This document shows positions 12,551 to 25,200 of a DNA stretch of 64,000 nucleotides, in pieces. Below the pieces are notes generated by a model. The model did not search any database. It saw nothing but the letters and a program-made list of their open reading frames with translations, and was not told the origin of the DNA. Source of the DNA: Selaginella moellendorffii (taxonomy: Eukaryota; Plantae; Lycopodiophyta); assembly GCF_000143415.4 (NCBI RefSeq), contig NW_003314262.1:3854021-3918020 (forward strand), given 5' to 3'. The stretch's first letter is position 1. The number at the start of each line of letters is the position of its first letter. Made by a program: the position numbers and the translations under genes.

Positions 12551-13615
12551 ATGGAGCCAAGCAGTGTGTTGAGTCTGGAGCAGCCGCTGGTCCAGGTAGA
12601 GCAAGGGAGGGTCAAGAAATTCGGTGGCGATGGCGCCCTCGTGAGCGAAGAGGTGTCACAATTCCTCCTGGGTGAGCTTCTTTTCGAGATCCAAAGGCAC
12701 GGCAGCGCTTACGGCAGTCTCAAAGGAACTACGCGGGCATGGCTCCTCATGGCTTTGCTCTCCAACTTACTCGCGCGATTCTCTCCAAAGCCCGGAGAGC
12801 TCATCGACGGAGAACCACGGAAGTACAAAGCCAAAGCCACCTCCGCTCGCTGCGAGCAGGAGCTTAACGACGTGATCAAATGCCACACTCACGATTTCAA
12901 GCTAGACAAGAGTCTTCCCAGCGCTGTTCTTGTGGTGGTGCAAGGCGGGAGGGACGAAACCAAGTGGCCGGACAGCATGTACCAGGCACTGAGCCAGGCG
13001 GGCATGGGGGCAGCGATCAGGAACTCGTCGGCAAACAGGCTCCACTGCCTGGTGCTCGGCGATGGCTGGTGGGGCTGTGCAGAGATCCATCCTCTCGGCT
13101 ACGTGATGGTCAAGCCTGGCAAGCCCGGAAACAAGATCTCGAGCAAGGAATTCAGACGTCAGCTTGAATCCAAAGGGACGATCAAAAGCGGTAGTGCCAA
13201 GCTCCTCTCGGAGAGCTTCCAGCGCTATCCAGACAAGAAGAGCTTGTTGGTGGAGCTGGAGGAACGAGTGAGGCTGCAAACCGAGGAGGCGGCCAGGGCA
13301 CTCAACGCCAGGATCGTTTTCGACAAGATTGTGCACAACGAGGATATCGAACGCAGCTTCTCGCCTGTGACTGAGAAGAGAAGACTGCTGCTCGTAGGAG
13401 CGATTGTTTGTGACAGCACGGTCTACGAGAGCAGCATTCTGAGCTTCCCGGTGGCGCGCAAGGTAAGCGCCAATGACAAGCTTCTTGTTTCGGGTCTCCT
13501 CCGGATGTTTTTTGGCAACCGGGTGCTGCACTGGACGCTCCCCGGGATCCAGACACTGGTTGCCACACGCGACAAAGAGCTTAAAGAAAGAGTGAATGGC
13601 GTGCTAATGCCGTAG
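12551..13615 (+). CDS. Uncharacterised intronless 354-aa protein, possibly a degenerate PD-(D/E)xK (restriction endonuclease-like) fold
   Basis: Long GC-rich ORF with an ATG; present three times. The fold call is from motif spacing by eye only. Confidence 0.65.
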   Translation: MEPSSVLSLEQPLVQVEQGRVKKFGGDGALVSEEVSQFLLGELLFEIQRHGSAYGSLKGTTRAWLLMALLSNLLARFSPKPGELIDGEPRKYKAKATSARCEQELNDVIKCHTHDFKLDKSLPSAVLVVVQGGRDETKWPDSMYQALSQAGMGAAIRNSSANRLHCLVLGDGWWGCAEIHPLGYVMVKPGKPGNKISSKEFRRQLESKGTIKSGSAKLLSESFQRYPDKKSLLVELEERVRLQTEEAARALNARIVFDKIVHNEDIERSFSPVTEKRRLLLVGAIVCDSTVYESSILSFPVARKVSANDKLLVSGLLRMFFGNRVLHWTLPGIQTLVATRDKELKERVNGVLMP

Positions 13616-13710
13616 ACTTTGTTACGTTGGCGTAGAGTTTCGTGCTGCTGAGAATCGATAGCCATGAACAATCACGACGAAATGGTCGAAGTTTGAGATC
13701 TTGCTTAGAA

Positions 13711-15589
13711 CTAGGAGACCATCATGTTGGCTGCAAGGACATAACCAGTAGCTCCTCTCGGATCCTTGTCAATGACATTCTTGGCAACGAAATTCCCAAA
13801 CTCAACGGAGGATCTGTAGCTCCTACATGCCCCCAAGAGGCACTTCCAGTCCACAGTCTCGGGCTCGAAGGGCATGGTTTTGAGCAGCTCCTGGGCAGAA
13901 TGCAAATACCCGGCTCTCCCCAAGACATCGATCATGCACCGAAAGTGGAGCTTCACGGGCTGTACATGGAAGTCCATCTCTATCGACACGAAGCAAGATC
14001 TTGCCGCGTAGACGCTGCCAACGTGGCTGCATGCCACGAGCGCACAGCCAAAGCATCCATCCACGGACACGTCCATGGCGTTCATGGAGTGGAAAACGTA
14101 TAGTGCCTCTGCCGTTCTGTGCGTAAGCTGCAAGCAGTGTGGTCCATGCAACCACGTCCCTTTCGGGCATACGCAAGAACAAGGACCCGCAACGACAAAA
14201 ATGCCCATTAAGGGCAAATGCGGTCATAAAAGCAGTCCACGACACCAAATCATGATTTGTACCACTTTCAAACAGATATTTGGCTTCTACTACACATCCA
14301 TTTTCCGCAAACGTGCTGACCATTGCTGTTTTTATTTCAGTGCTCTCAATATGTGCAGCTCTGGAAAATTGTCTTGCCTCGTCTAGGTGCCCCATTCGGG
14401 CGTATGCAGAAATTAATGCGCATAATGGTACAGTGTTTTGCTCCGGCATAGTTTCAAAATAGATTCTCGCTTCCTCCAATTGGCCCCTGCAAGCAAGAAA
14501 CGATACCACAGTATTCCAGGATACCATATTTTTCTCGAACGCAGAATTGAAAAGGTCCATGACTCGCTCAAAATCCCCATTCGTGGCATATGCAGTCAAA
14601 AACTTTGTTCCACGTTACAATATCTTTTTCAAAAATATAATCGATCATTTAATTTCTGCATTCTATTAGCTTTCGCCAAGGCTGCTAGCACGGAATTGCA
14701 CGCCAAAGTGTTCCAATACGGCATGCAGTACGGCAATCGTAAGGATTCTTCCAAATACCCATACTGAGCAGCTGCGGCAACTATGGTTGTCCACGACACT
14801 ATATCTCTCCATGGCATCCGGTTAAATATTTTCTTTGCCTAATCTACGTGACCATTGTTACTATACGCAGCCAAGTAAACGAGGTCGTGTAGAAAGATAC
14901 TTTGGGCATATTCTGGGTATCCGGCGTCGGCATATGCTCTGACCATGGAAGTCCACGAGGCTAGATTCCCCTCCGGCATGTCCTCAAAACACGAGCTTGG
15001 CAGCATCTAATTTGCCGCAGTCTAAGTAGAGACCCAGCATTGTGTTCCAAGAAACTAATTCCTCTGGGGCATGTTCTCCCAAACCTTTTGGGCATCATTT
15101 GGCATGGCCATAGCTGAATCTCTCGGCCTGGTTTGCGAGCCGGATCGTGGCGTATGCCGCAAGCAAAGTATTGAAGCATGCAAGATCTCTTTCGGGAATC
15201 AGATCAAAGATATTCTCTGCTAGAGAGAGCGAGACGGCTCGAGCGTACCCTGCGAGCATTGCAGTCCACGGAACAAGATTGTGCAAAGGCATAAGATGAA
15301 GCAGTTCTCAGGCGCTATCAAGATGCCCAGCTTGGGCATAAGCAGAGATAATGGTGGACCATGAAATGAGATTCTGCTGAGGTATGCTCTCAAAGGTTTG
15401 ATGGGCTAAATCTAGCAATCGGTATCGTGAACAAGCCGCGAGAATTGCATTACAGCATGCAGTATCTAGCTGAGGCATTCTTTTGAAACCATGTTTCGCG
15501 TCCAGCAGTTGCCCTTTCCTGGCATAATCACATATCGTAACCGTGCTCGATGATATAGAGGCCATTTTATCACATTGTTTTTGCCACAT
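13711..15589 (-). pseudogene. PLS-class PPR gene with E domain, multiply frameshifted
   Basis: Repeats such as MPERDVVAWTTLLAAYAQNG and NMVSWNTVVS; HFRCMIDVLGRAG..WKCLLGACRS. Spread over several frames. Confidence 0.9.
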
Positions 15590-15882
15590 AAGATTTTAGC
15601 CTTGTGTGTGAGGTATGTAGCTTTCCATTGAAGTGAAAAATGGCTGTTTCACATAGTAAGTTGTTATTACGGTTTAAGCATGATGAATCATTCTTGCACA
15701 CATCTACTACTATAAGGAGCAAACGCCAAACTTTGTGGGCCACCGGATCTGGCCAATCGGGGCCGTCCGATGGGGGGTAACTGTAAAGGGGTTATTTTTT
15801 TAACCACGTGTCAGGTGGTTAAATCCACTCCCAAATCGTTGCTGCTAGCTGGGATTCGAGCTTGATCGTGTCGTGATCCAGC

Positions 15883-16067
15883 TTGGTTTTGTTTTGTATG
15901 TTTTTCTAGGGTTTTTGAGATGGCGAGAGAGCCCTTGCCGTGGCCTGTCAAGTGAATTGGTTTTGTTTTGTATGTTTTTCTAGGGTTTTTGAGACAGCGA
16001 GAGAGCCCTTGCCGTGGCCTGTCAAGTGAATTGGTTTTGTTTTGTATGTTTTTCTAGGGTTTTTGAG
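15883..16067 (+). repeat. 74-bp tandem repeat, 2.5 copies
   Basis: Units start TTGGTTTTGTTTTGTATG at 15883, 15957 and 16031. Confidence 0.9.
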
Positions 16068-16619
16068 GCCTGTGCCGCTGCTGCCGGTTTGCGATCCAAA
16101 TCGGAGGTGCTGTGTCAATGCTGGTGTCTTTGCTTCTGAGAACCCCATCGCAAGTTGTTATTTGTCATTCTTCTTTCATAACTTTGGTATTCTCATGCAG
16201 GATGTGTCTCCGCTTTTGGCTCTTCATCGCGTTACTGTGAGGAGTTCCATCAAATCAAGGTATTTGTAGTCCATAGAATTTGTATGGTCTTCATTTTTAC
16301 TCCACTGTGAGGAAATGGGATGAGGTGATTTAAACTCTTAAACGCTTTGAAGCACATTCTCTCGGCACAGCCTTGCTCACCTGGACGTGAAGCTTGACAA
16401 CATCTACATTTGCAATTGCATCTACAAGATTCACTCCAAGACCGTGCTGCCGAGGTAGATGTGACAACCACAAAGTTACTACTGCTCGATGAGCAAGACA
16501 GGAAGCTAAACAGCACCGCTTCCACGACCAACCTCAATGGAGTTCACGTTAGCTTGGACTCCCCCGAGGCTCCTGGAAAGTCCACGAATCATGGAGCAGC
16601 ATTTTTAACATGAAGCTAA

Positions 16620-19424
16620 AATATTTTCTCATGATATTACACAAAATAATATCTTTGGAAGATGTATTGCATTTATATACGTCATTGAGTTCCAAAAAAG
16701 AGGTTTGCCACATTGTCATTTCTTAGGCATATTAGATAATGAAAGTAAAATTAAAAACTGTGACACTATTGACCAATATGTATCTGCTCAATTACCTGAC
16801 CCTTTATCAAAGCCCGAACTATTTGAAATAATCACATCACATATAATACATGGTCCATGTGGATTACTAAATCCTCAAAGTTTATGTATGGAAAACAAAA
16901 AATGCTCCAAAAATTATCCCAAAAACTTCAATGACGGAACTACATATTGTGTGGATGGGTACCCTGAATATTTTAGACCAAACAATGGTCGCACCTTCCT
17001 TAAAAATGATGTTCCAATTGATAACAGATGGATTGTCCCATATAATAAATATTTATGTAAAAAATACAAAGCCCATATAAATATAGAAATATGTGCATCA
17101 ATTAAAAGTATTAAGTATCTTTTTCAATATGTTTATAAAGGATATGATTGTGCAACCATTCAAATCCAAATAGCTACTCAGTCTAAAAACGTATTAAACT
17201 GGGATGAAATCACAAATTTTATAAATACCCGATACATTTCAGCACCGGAAGCTATTTGGAGGATATTTAAATTTAAAATGCATGGGCGCTCACACCCTAT
17301 AATACGTCTGCCCGTACATCTTCCTGACTTCCAAAATGTGTATTTTACAGAAGGCTCGGAGCACAATGCCTTGCAAAGAGCAGCACGTAATGGAACAATG
17401 CTAACAAAATGGTTCGAACTCGATATTCATGATCTGAATGCAAGACAATATACCTACGTTGAAATACCTTTACATTATGTTTTCAATAAATCTACTAATG
17501 TATGGCAACGTCAAAAAACGAAAAAGGTTATTCCTCAACTATACTCAATATCTCCTCTAAATACCGAATTGTACCACTTACGTATTATTCTTCTTCATAA
17601 AAGAGGAGCGACATCCTTCGACAATATTAAAATAGTTAATGATGTAACTTACCAAAGCTTTCAACAAACTACTGTTGCTATGGGTCTTCTTGATGATGAT
17701 AACGAGTGGTATAATTGTTTACAAGAAACATGCAATTTTCAGATGCCTACACAATTGCGTCAACTCTTTACTTTCATATGTATTTTTTGCAATCCACAAG
17801 ACCCACTATATCTTTGGGATGTTTTTAAGGATTAGCTCTCTGAAGATTTTGGTAGAACAAATATTGTATGCAAATATAAACTTGCTCTAATAGACATTAA
17901 CTCAAAAATGAAAATACATGGTAAAACAAACCAATCATACAATTTACCTATCCCAATCCTAATACCTCTATTCAACCAATACCAAATTGCAACCATTCAT
18001 ATACAGAAATTTACCATTATATTAGAAACTTGAATGTTGAACAATTAGCTATATTCAATGAAATTGTTAATATTGTCGAGTACCCAATCGATACTAACTG
18101 TTTTATTTTTATTGATGGCCCTGGTGGTACTAGCAAAACATATTTATTAAATACAATGGTAAATTATTTTGAGTTTTACAATAAAAAAGTGGTTTGTATG
18201 GCATGGACAGGCATTGCAAGCACACTACTACACAATGGATAAACATCCCATACAACCTTTAAGTTACCAGTTCCAATTAATGATACATATATTTCTAGTT
18301 TAACATCTAATAACAGTGCCGGTAGATCTATGAAAGCAATACAAGTGCTTATTTGGGATGAAATTAGTATAGTTCATACACTTGCCTTTTTAGCTGTCGA
18401 CCGCTGCCTACGAGACTTAAAATAGAACAATTCTCCATTCGGTGGCATTGTTATTGTTATAAGTGGTGACTTTCGTCAAACATTACCAGTTATCCCACAC
18501 AGTCATCGAGCATAGATTGTTTCCACATCTGTAAGAATGAATAGTCTATGGAATTTATTTAGAAAGTTTCAATTGCAAACAAATATGCGGCTTGGCCCTA
18601 AGTTCCCAGACTGGGTAGAATGGCTATTGAAAGTCGGTGATGGAAATAATTACACACAAAACCCTATTTTACCACTTGATTCTATCCTTCTTCCTTCAGA
18701 ATTAATTAAAAGTACCTCTATTACTAATTTTGTATTCCCATGTATCGAAGATATTTCAAATGTTCAAATTGCAGCAAACAGAGCCATTTTAACACCTCTC
18801 AATGATGATACATTTCCAATTAACAACAACATCATCTCTCAATTACCAGGTCCACCTCAAATTTATACTAGCATTGACTCTGTTGATGTTGAACACCCTG
18901 AAGATTTCCCAATTGAATTTCTAAACTCTATGACTCCCTCTGGACTACTATCACACAAATTGATACTAAAAGAAGGTTGTATAGTTATTTTTCTGAGAAA
19001 TATGTCTCCAACAATTGGATTATGCAATGGAACTCGACTAATGGTCAAAAGAACTTCACCTAAAGTTTTGGACTGTGAAATAATTACAGGTGAATTTAAA
19101 GGTACTAGAACTTTTATCCCACGCATTAACTTAACACCCTCTGATTCAGATGTTCCATTCCATATGTCTTGAAAACAATTTCCTCTTCATCTTAGATACT
19201 GTTTAACAATTTCAAAATGCCAAGGTCAAACATTTGATCGTGTAGGCATCTACTTACCCCAACCAGTCTTTACCCATGGGCAGCTCTATGTTGCACTCTC
19301 AAGATGCATATCACCACAACAACTTGCAATTCAAGTTCACACAACCCATACACAAGGCCGCTTAATTCCATTCAATTCATCAACATTCATCATCAATACT
19401 GTATATAAAGAAGCTTTATATTAA
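16620..19424 (+). pseudogene. Helitron RepHel (HUH Rep + PIF1 helicase), 5'-truncated, with stops and frameshifts
   Basis: EFQKRGLPHCH, KYLFQYVYKG, FIDGPGGTSKT, WDEIS, GDFRQTLPV, QGQTFDRVG..HGQLYVALSR. Confidence 0.95.
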
Positions 19425-19770
19425 CTAACTCCTGTCTTACTACACCTTAAAACATAAAAACAAACTACAATAAACTTTGTTTATTCCCTATGGCCCAATG
19501 GATAGTAATGGACTAGTGCTAAAAATAAAGGAATCATCTCACAAGGAAATTGTGAGATGTGAGCAAATTCTCACAAAGATATGTTAGTAAGTTTAAGAGG
19601 CTTTGCTAACTGTAAAGGGGTAACTGTAAAGGGGTTATTTCTTTAACCACGTGTTAGCGAATAATCGCGCTGATGTTTGCTCTCGGCCGCCAAGCCGCGT
19701 GGGACGAGAGAGGAAGGCATTATGACACGTGGCAAATGCAAGGTGTTGACCGTCGAGCGAAGAAAGCAAC

Positions 19771-20337
19771 ATGACAAATGTGTTCCTGCTGGGTGATTGC
19801 TGGCCGGCTATCCAAGGATGCAACAGCAATGGAGAAATTGCTGATTTTGGGGGAGTGAGCAATGGGATCAAACTTAGCACCAATGCGTTCCAAAAGGCAA
19901 TCAATCACATTGGTAGCTTTGGCAAGTTGGGAGGCGCGACCCTCTACGTGCCGCAAGGGAAATGGCTCACTGGATGCTTCTTTGGAGGGGAGATTATGGC
20001 GTGGCCGTGTACGGATCTTGGATCACTGTGCAGCAAGGGCGTGCTTTACTCCTACTCGGTCAGTGACAAGCTCATGGCGCTGGATCTCAAGCAAAACTCC
20101 TGGCACAAGATTGCCATGTCGGCCTCTGGCATTCCCTCGCAGATCCAGGACTATCTCCCCAAGCTGGTGGTTTGTAAGGGCCAGATCCTTCTCGTGGGTG
20201 TCGTCTGGGCATCGAGATCGCTCCAGCAGCAGCAGCAGCCCAAGGCCACAAGGAAGATCTGGCAACTGGAGCAGGATCGATCATCCTCCTGGCGGTGGAG
20301 CGAGGTATCGCAGCATCCGGACGCGCCGCTCGACTAG
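19771..20337 (+). pseudogene. Helitron-captured chimeric ORF: GH28 polygalacturonase N-terminal piece fused to an F-box-associated beta-propeller piece
   Basis: IADFGGVSNG..NAFQKAI..GGATLYVPQGKWLTG (~19834-19980), then KGVLY..LMALDL..SW..PKLVVCKGQILLVG..IWQL..WSEVS (~19990-20320). Confidence 0.75.
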
Positions 20338-22299
20338 AATGTGGAGTGCTGAGTGAGGCGCTGGTGTGAGAGAGCGGCCTAAGGCGCTGGCAGAGGCGCT
20401 GAGAGGAGGCACCGAGCTAGGAATGAGGGTGCTCAGCAAGGCACTAAGGATTCTTATGCTCTGAACTTAATAGAAGAATTGCTTGGCATGTAGTTTCTCA
20501 GCCACTGGCATCAAAGGAGTAGCTTACATGCTTCTCATTGTGGCAGATCCGCATAGTCATTAGGATGGTAAGTTTTTTACTTTCTTTACCAGGTGAATTC
20601 ATGGGTGCAAGAGATTAGGACACAAGGTGCTAAGTGTTGGAATAGGTTTTGTCTTTTGCTATGGTGAGATTTTAGGTTATCCAAATGGTAATGCATAGTG
20701 CCATTGACAACCAATGACAAGTTGTAATCATGAGGTGATAAATTATGTATGTCTTTTGATGGTATCACCAGATCAAAATCCAAAACTGCTAGAGACCATG
20801 TTACAGGCATGTGATATTTCCATCTCCACAAAATCGCAGTTCATATCTCGGTTTCAATTTGAATTCTGTTTAACAGGTTATCCTAAGAGAGTGAATATTT
20901 ATTTTTAAGTGAACAGCTTTCTTTTTAATCCTAAATTTATTCTATTTTATAAATTATTATAATATTTGAATATTTAAAGTCAAAATTAACTTTTATAATT
21001 TAATTTAACTGTATTTGTAAATATAATATGAAAACTATATTTTATACAAATGGCCTGTTTAGATATAACTATAACATATGAAACCCAACACTAAGTGATG
21101 GTATATCAAATGTGGGTTGACTTAGTTTTATTAATGTGTAAGATCATGATCAAAGTTTCAAGTGTTAATACAAAAAAATAAAAAATAAAAAAATTCAACA
21201 ATAAGAGTACATATTATATTTTTATATGTAACCTTAACTATTTATAATCTAACTCATTATCAGAAAAACTAAAGTAATGTATGCAGTATTTGATTAAGCA
21301 GTAATATTTTAAAATATTTTTCCTAACTGTAAATATAGTTTTCTTAATACATAATAATATAGAATTACAGTTTCTATAACATATATATTTACAAAAAATT
21401 TTGTTAGTAATTATTTTATTGACTGGATTTGGGTAGTAATATTCTAAGTAAACTGCATAAATAAGTAATGTCTTGCTAAAAAAAAGAGTAATAATTATTC
21501 TTAGTAATTATTCTCTTTTGTTTGATAATATCTTAATATAAGTTTATCCCATGTAAAAATGTAATTTACATATAACATATTATTAATAATAGAAAATTTC
21601 ATGTTTATATTTTTTGGTCTGGTATTTTTTAAAATATATTCATATTTTTAAATAATAATTTGTATCTAATATTTTTATTAATGAATATTTATTCTTACTT
21701 ATGCCTAGGAATATATTTTGTTCTAAATATTTATATTATCAAGTTTACAAGAATTGATTTTTGTGTTCACCTAACATTTGCTGGGTATAATTCCCTCAAT
21801 TCTTCTTTCAAAGTGGAATATAATATTTATTTATTTGATACTATTCCAATTTTAGTTTTTAATAAAAAAATTTATAATAATCAAAACAGTATTTTGCTAA
21901 CTAGTCAGCATATGCTGGGCAAGTGCTAGTCTATCACAATAAGGAGGAGTTGCCGAACTTTCTAGGCCGCCGGATCCAGCTAATCACAACCGTCCAATGG
22001 GGGGTAACTGTAAAGGGGTTATTTTTTTAACCACGTGTTAGCGAATAATCACGCTGATGTTTGCTCCCGGCCAATGGGAGGCGGCCAAGCTGCATGGGGC
22101 GGGAGAAGAAGGCCTAGCGACACGTGGCACATGCAAAGTGTTGACTGGAGATTGCTGCTCCACGGGTCACTCCGGATAGGATCAAGTCCGTCGCAGCCCT
22201 TGGAGCATGCTGTGGATCAAAATTTCTTCCGGTAGGTAAGCAAATCCACTCCCAAATTGTTGCTGCTGGCTGGGATTCGAGCTTGATCGTGTCTACTGC

Positions 22300-25200
22300 T
22301 GTTATGATCCGGCGCAAAAAGACAAAGATCTAGTTGCCTTAGACTATGCTACGCCACCTCTTGAGGTTCCTCACCACCCAACCACCCCCGAGCTACCTCA
22401 AAAGCTCCACTGCACCGCCGCTCCACTATGAGCCCTAGGGTAGGTTAAGTCCCTTACCCTAACATGCCTTAATATACCCTTGAGCCTCCCTTTGACCGAC
22501 GTTGACCACGTAGTCAAAGTTGGTGCCTAACAATTCTTCCCCCCCAACAAAGTCCTTGTCCCAAGGACGAGTTGTACTGGTGATCACCCTTTCTGGGGAA
22601 TCCTGCTCAAGCTTCTGGTCCATCTTCCACAGCCGTATACATCAAGGAGGCATTGGGCCCATCACTCCGAGATAGTACACCTTTCAACTGGCTAACATAA
22701 AATACTGGATGAATTTTCACCCCAACTGGCAGCCGCACCCGATAAGCCGCTTTACCAATGCGCTCCAGCACTTCATATGGACCAGCATATCGATGAGAGA
22801 GTTTATCACTCTTCCCTAACCGTAAAGGCACCAAGGTGTTTTGCTGCTCACTTGACGAAAAGATCACTCGCACGAAGACGAGATCACCCATCTTATATTC
22901 CCGGAATTAGCGATGCTCATTAGCAAACTTCTCCGCTCTATCCTGAGCTGCTTGCAAATTCCGTTTGCACACCACCAGAATCTCATCAAGTTCTGTGGCC
23001 AGATCAATTGCCTCGGAATCAAGCTTTTCTTGAACGTCCTTACTCAAATGCAATCCTAACTCCACCGCTGTTCGAGGATGCCTTCCAAACATCGCAAAGT
23101 AAGGACTTAGCTTGGTTCCACTGTGTTGGCTATTGTTGTAAGCAAATTGCACCAACGGAAGATATAGATCCCACTGTTCTTGCCTTTGACCAATGCTACA
23201 ACGTAGCATATCCTCCACCACCTGATTCACACGCTCAGTTTGCCCATCCGTCTGAGGATAATCTCCACTCGAGAGTTTCAAAGTCACTTGCATAGCCTTT
23301 GCAAAGCTTTTCCAAAATCCACTAGTGAACTTTGAATCTCGATCACTAATGATGTCCTCCGGCAAACCAAAATCAGGAAAAACCTTCTCCAAGTAAACCG
23401 CAGCCAAGTCTGAGGTAGTGACAGTCTTCCGAAGAGCTAACAACCGCACATACTTCGTCAGCCGATCCACTATGACCCATACTTGCTCCTTTTGCCTCTG
23501 TGTTCGTGGCAAACAAGTGATGAAGTCCATAGAGATATTACACCAACGGCTCTGAGGAATAGGTAAAGGTTGCAAAAGTCCCCCCGGCTTCTCCCGTGGC
23601 ACCTTAACCCGCTGACAAAGCTCGCATGATTTACAATACTTGAGGATATCAGCCTTCATATTCCTCCAATAAAAGTTGCGCTTAATCAACTCATACGTCT
23701 TCTTCCCCCCAAAATGACCGGCCTCTGGACGATCATGATAGTGGAATAAAACTTGAGTAATTAACGCATCCACCCGTGGCAAATATACACGGCCATTGTA
23801 GTAGAGAATCCCATCCACCAATGAGAAAGGAGCTTCCATCTGGTCTCGCAAAGAGGCCACTTCAGCATCCTGAGCCTGAGCATGCTCAACCAATTGCCCA
23901 AACTCGCTGACCACCTTACTCAAATGATGACAAAATCGTGTTCGTAGCGTCGTCACATGACGAACATGAGATAAAGCATCCGCCACCACATTTGATTTTC
24001 CCGGACGATGCTCAATAGGAAACTCCCCAAACTCCATGAGTTTGACCATCCAACGAGCTTGCTTAGTGTTCAACTCCTTCTGTGTGAAAAGATACACAAG
24101 GGGTTTGTGATCTGTCAACACCACGAACACTGCACCATAAAGATAGTGCCGCCACATCCGCAAAGCATGAACAATAGAGAGTAACTCTTGCTCATATGTG
24201 GAATAGCGTTGCTCCGCAGAATTCAAAGTTCGACTCTCATATGCAATAGGCTGTCCCTCTTGCATGAGAACTCCTCCCAGTGCATAACCACTCGCATCGC
24301 ANNNNNNNNNNNNNNNNNNNNNNNNNNNNNNNNNNNNNNNNNNNNNNNNNNNNNNNNNNNNNNNNNNNNNNNNNNNNNNNNNNNNNNNNNNNNNNNNNNN
24401 NNNNNNNNNNNNNNNNNNNNNNNNNNNNNNNNNNNNNNNNNNNNNNNNNNNNNNNNNNNNNNNNNNCTGGAAACGTCGGTAGTAACTAGCCATACCAAGA
24501 AAACTGCGCAACTCGGCCACTACAAGTAACTTGAAAGTGCTTTTCCATTACGACAAGCCCGCTTCAAAGATGTAGCAGAGAGCATAACAACTGGTGGTTG
24601 AACGCCCTCGCCAAACCACACATCTTTAACGCCACCATACTCCAGCGAGATACGCTTAATGCTCCACTTTATCTCTGGATCCACCTTCACCAACCATGGC
24701 ATCCCAAGAATGAGATCCACACGATGGATATCCGCGAGATAAAAAGTCTCCACAAGTGTGGTTTTGCCAACCAACACTTCCAGCCCCTCGACACAAGCAT
24801 CGAAATGCTGAGCAAAGGTAGCTGCACCTTCCACTGTGTATGGAACAACTCCACGTGTGTTCAAGCAATGCTCCGCAACAAACTTTGCCGAAACAAAGTT
24901 GTCATCGCTCCCACTATCCAGTAAAATCCGCACTGGATCGCCACGGAACACGCCCTCCAGCATTAAAGCTGATTCACGCGTATCCTCGAGCTCCATCTTG
25001 TTCCACACACAGTTGAGTTGACGAGCAACGATCGAAAGTCTCTTCCTCCGACCGGAATGGTCGTTCTCGTCATCCTCACGCTGTAAAGCTTGCAACTTTT
25101 TAGTATATGACTTACCGTGAGAAGATGATTGGCCATTCTTCTTGTCCTGCTGCTTGTTCTTCAACTGCGGACAATCAGCCTTGTAGTGTCCAAGTTCGCC

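Larger units (their letters stand above)
10420..13404. repeat. Right arm of the inverted duplication
   Basis: Reverse complement of 1..2985. Confidence 0.95.
15703..21929 (+). mobile_element. Composite Helitron 1 (RepHel core plus captured fragments)
   Basis: A|TCTACTACTATAAGG 5' end. Internal CTAG|T at 19513-16. Terminal hairpin CAGCATATGCTG 21906-17 and CTAG 21926-29. Confidence 0.85.
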
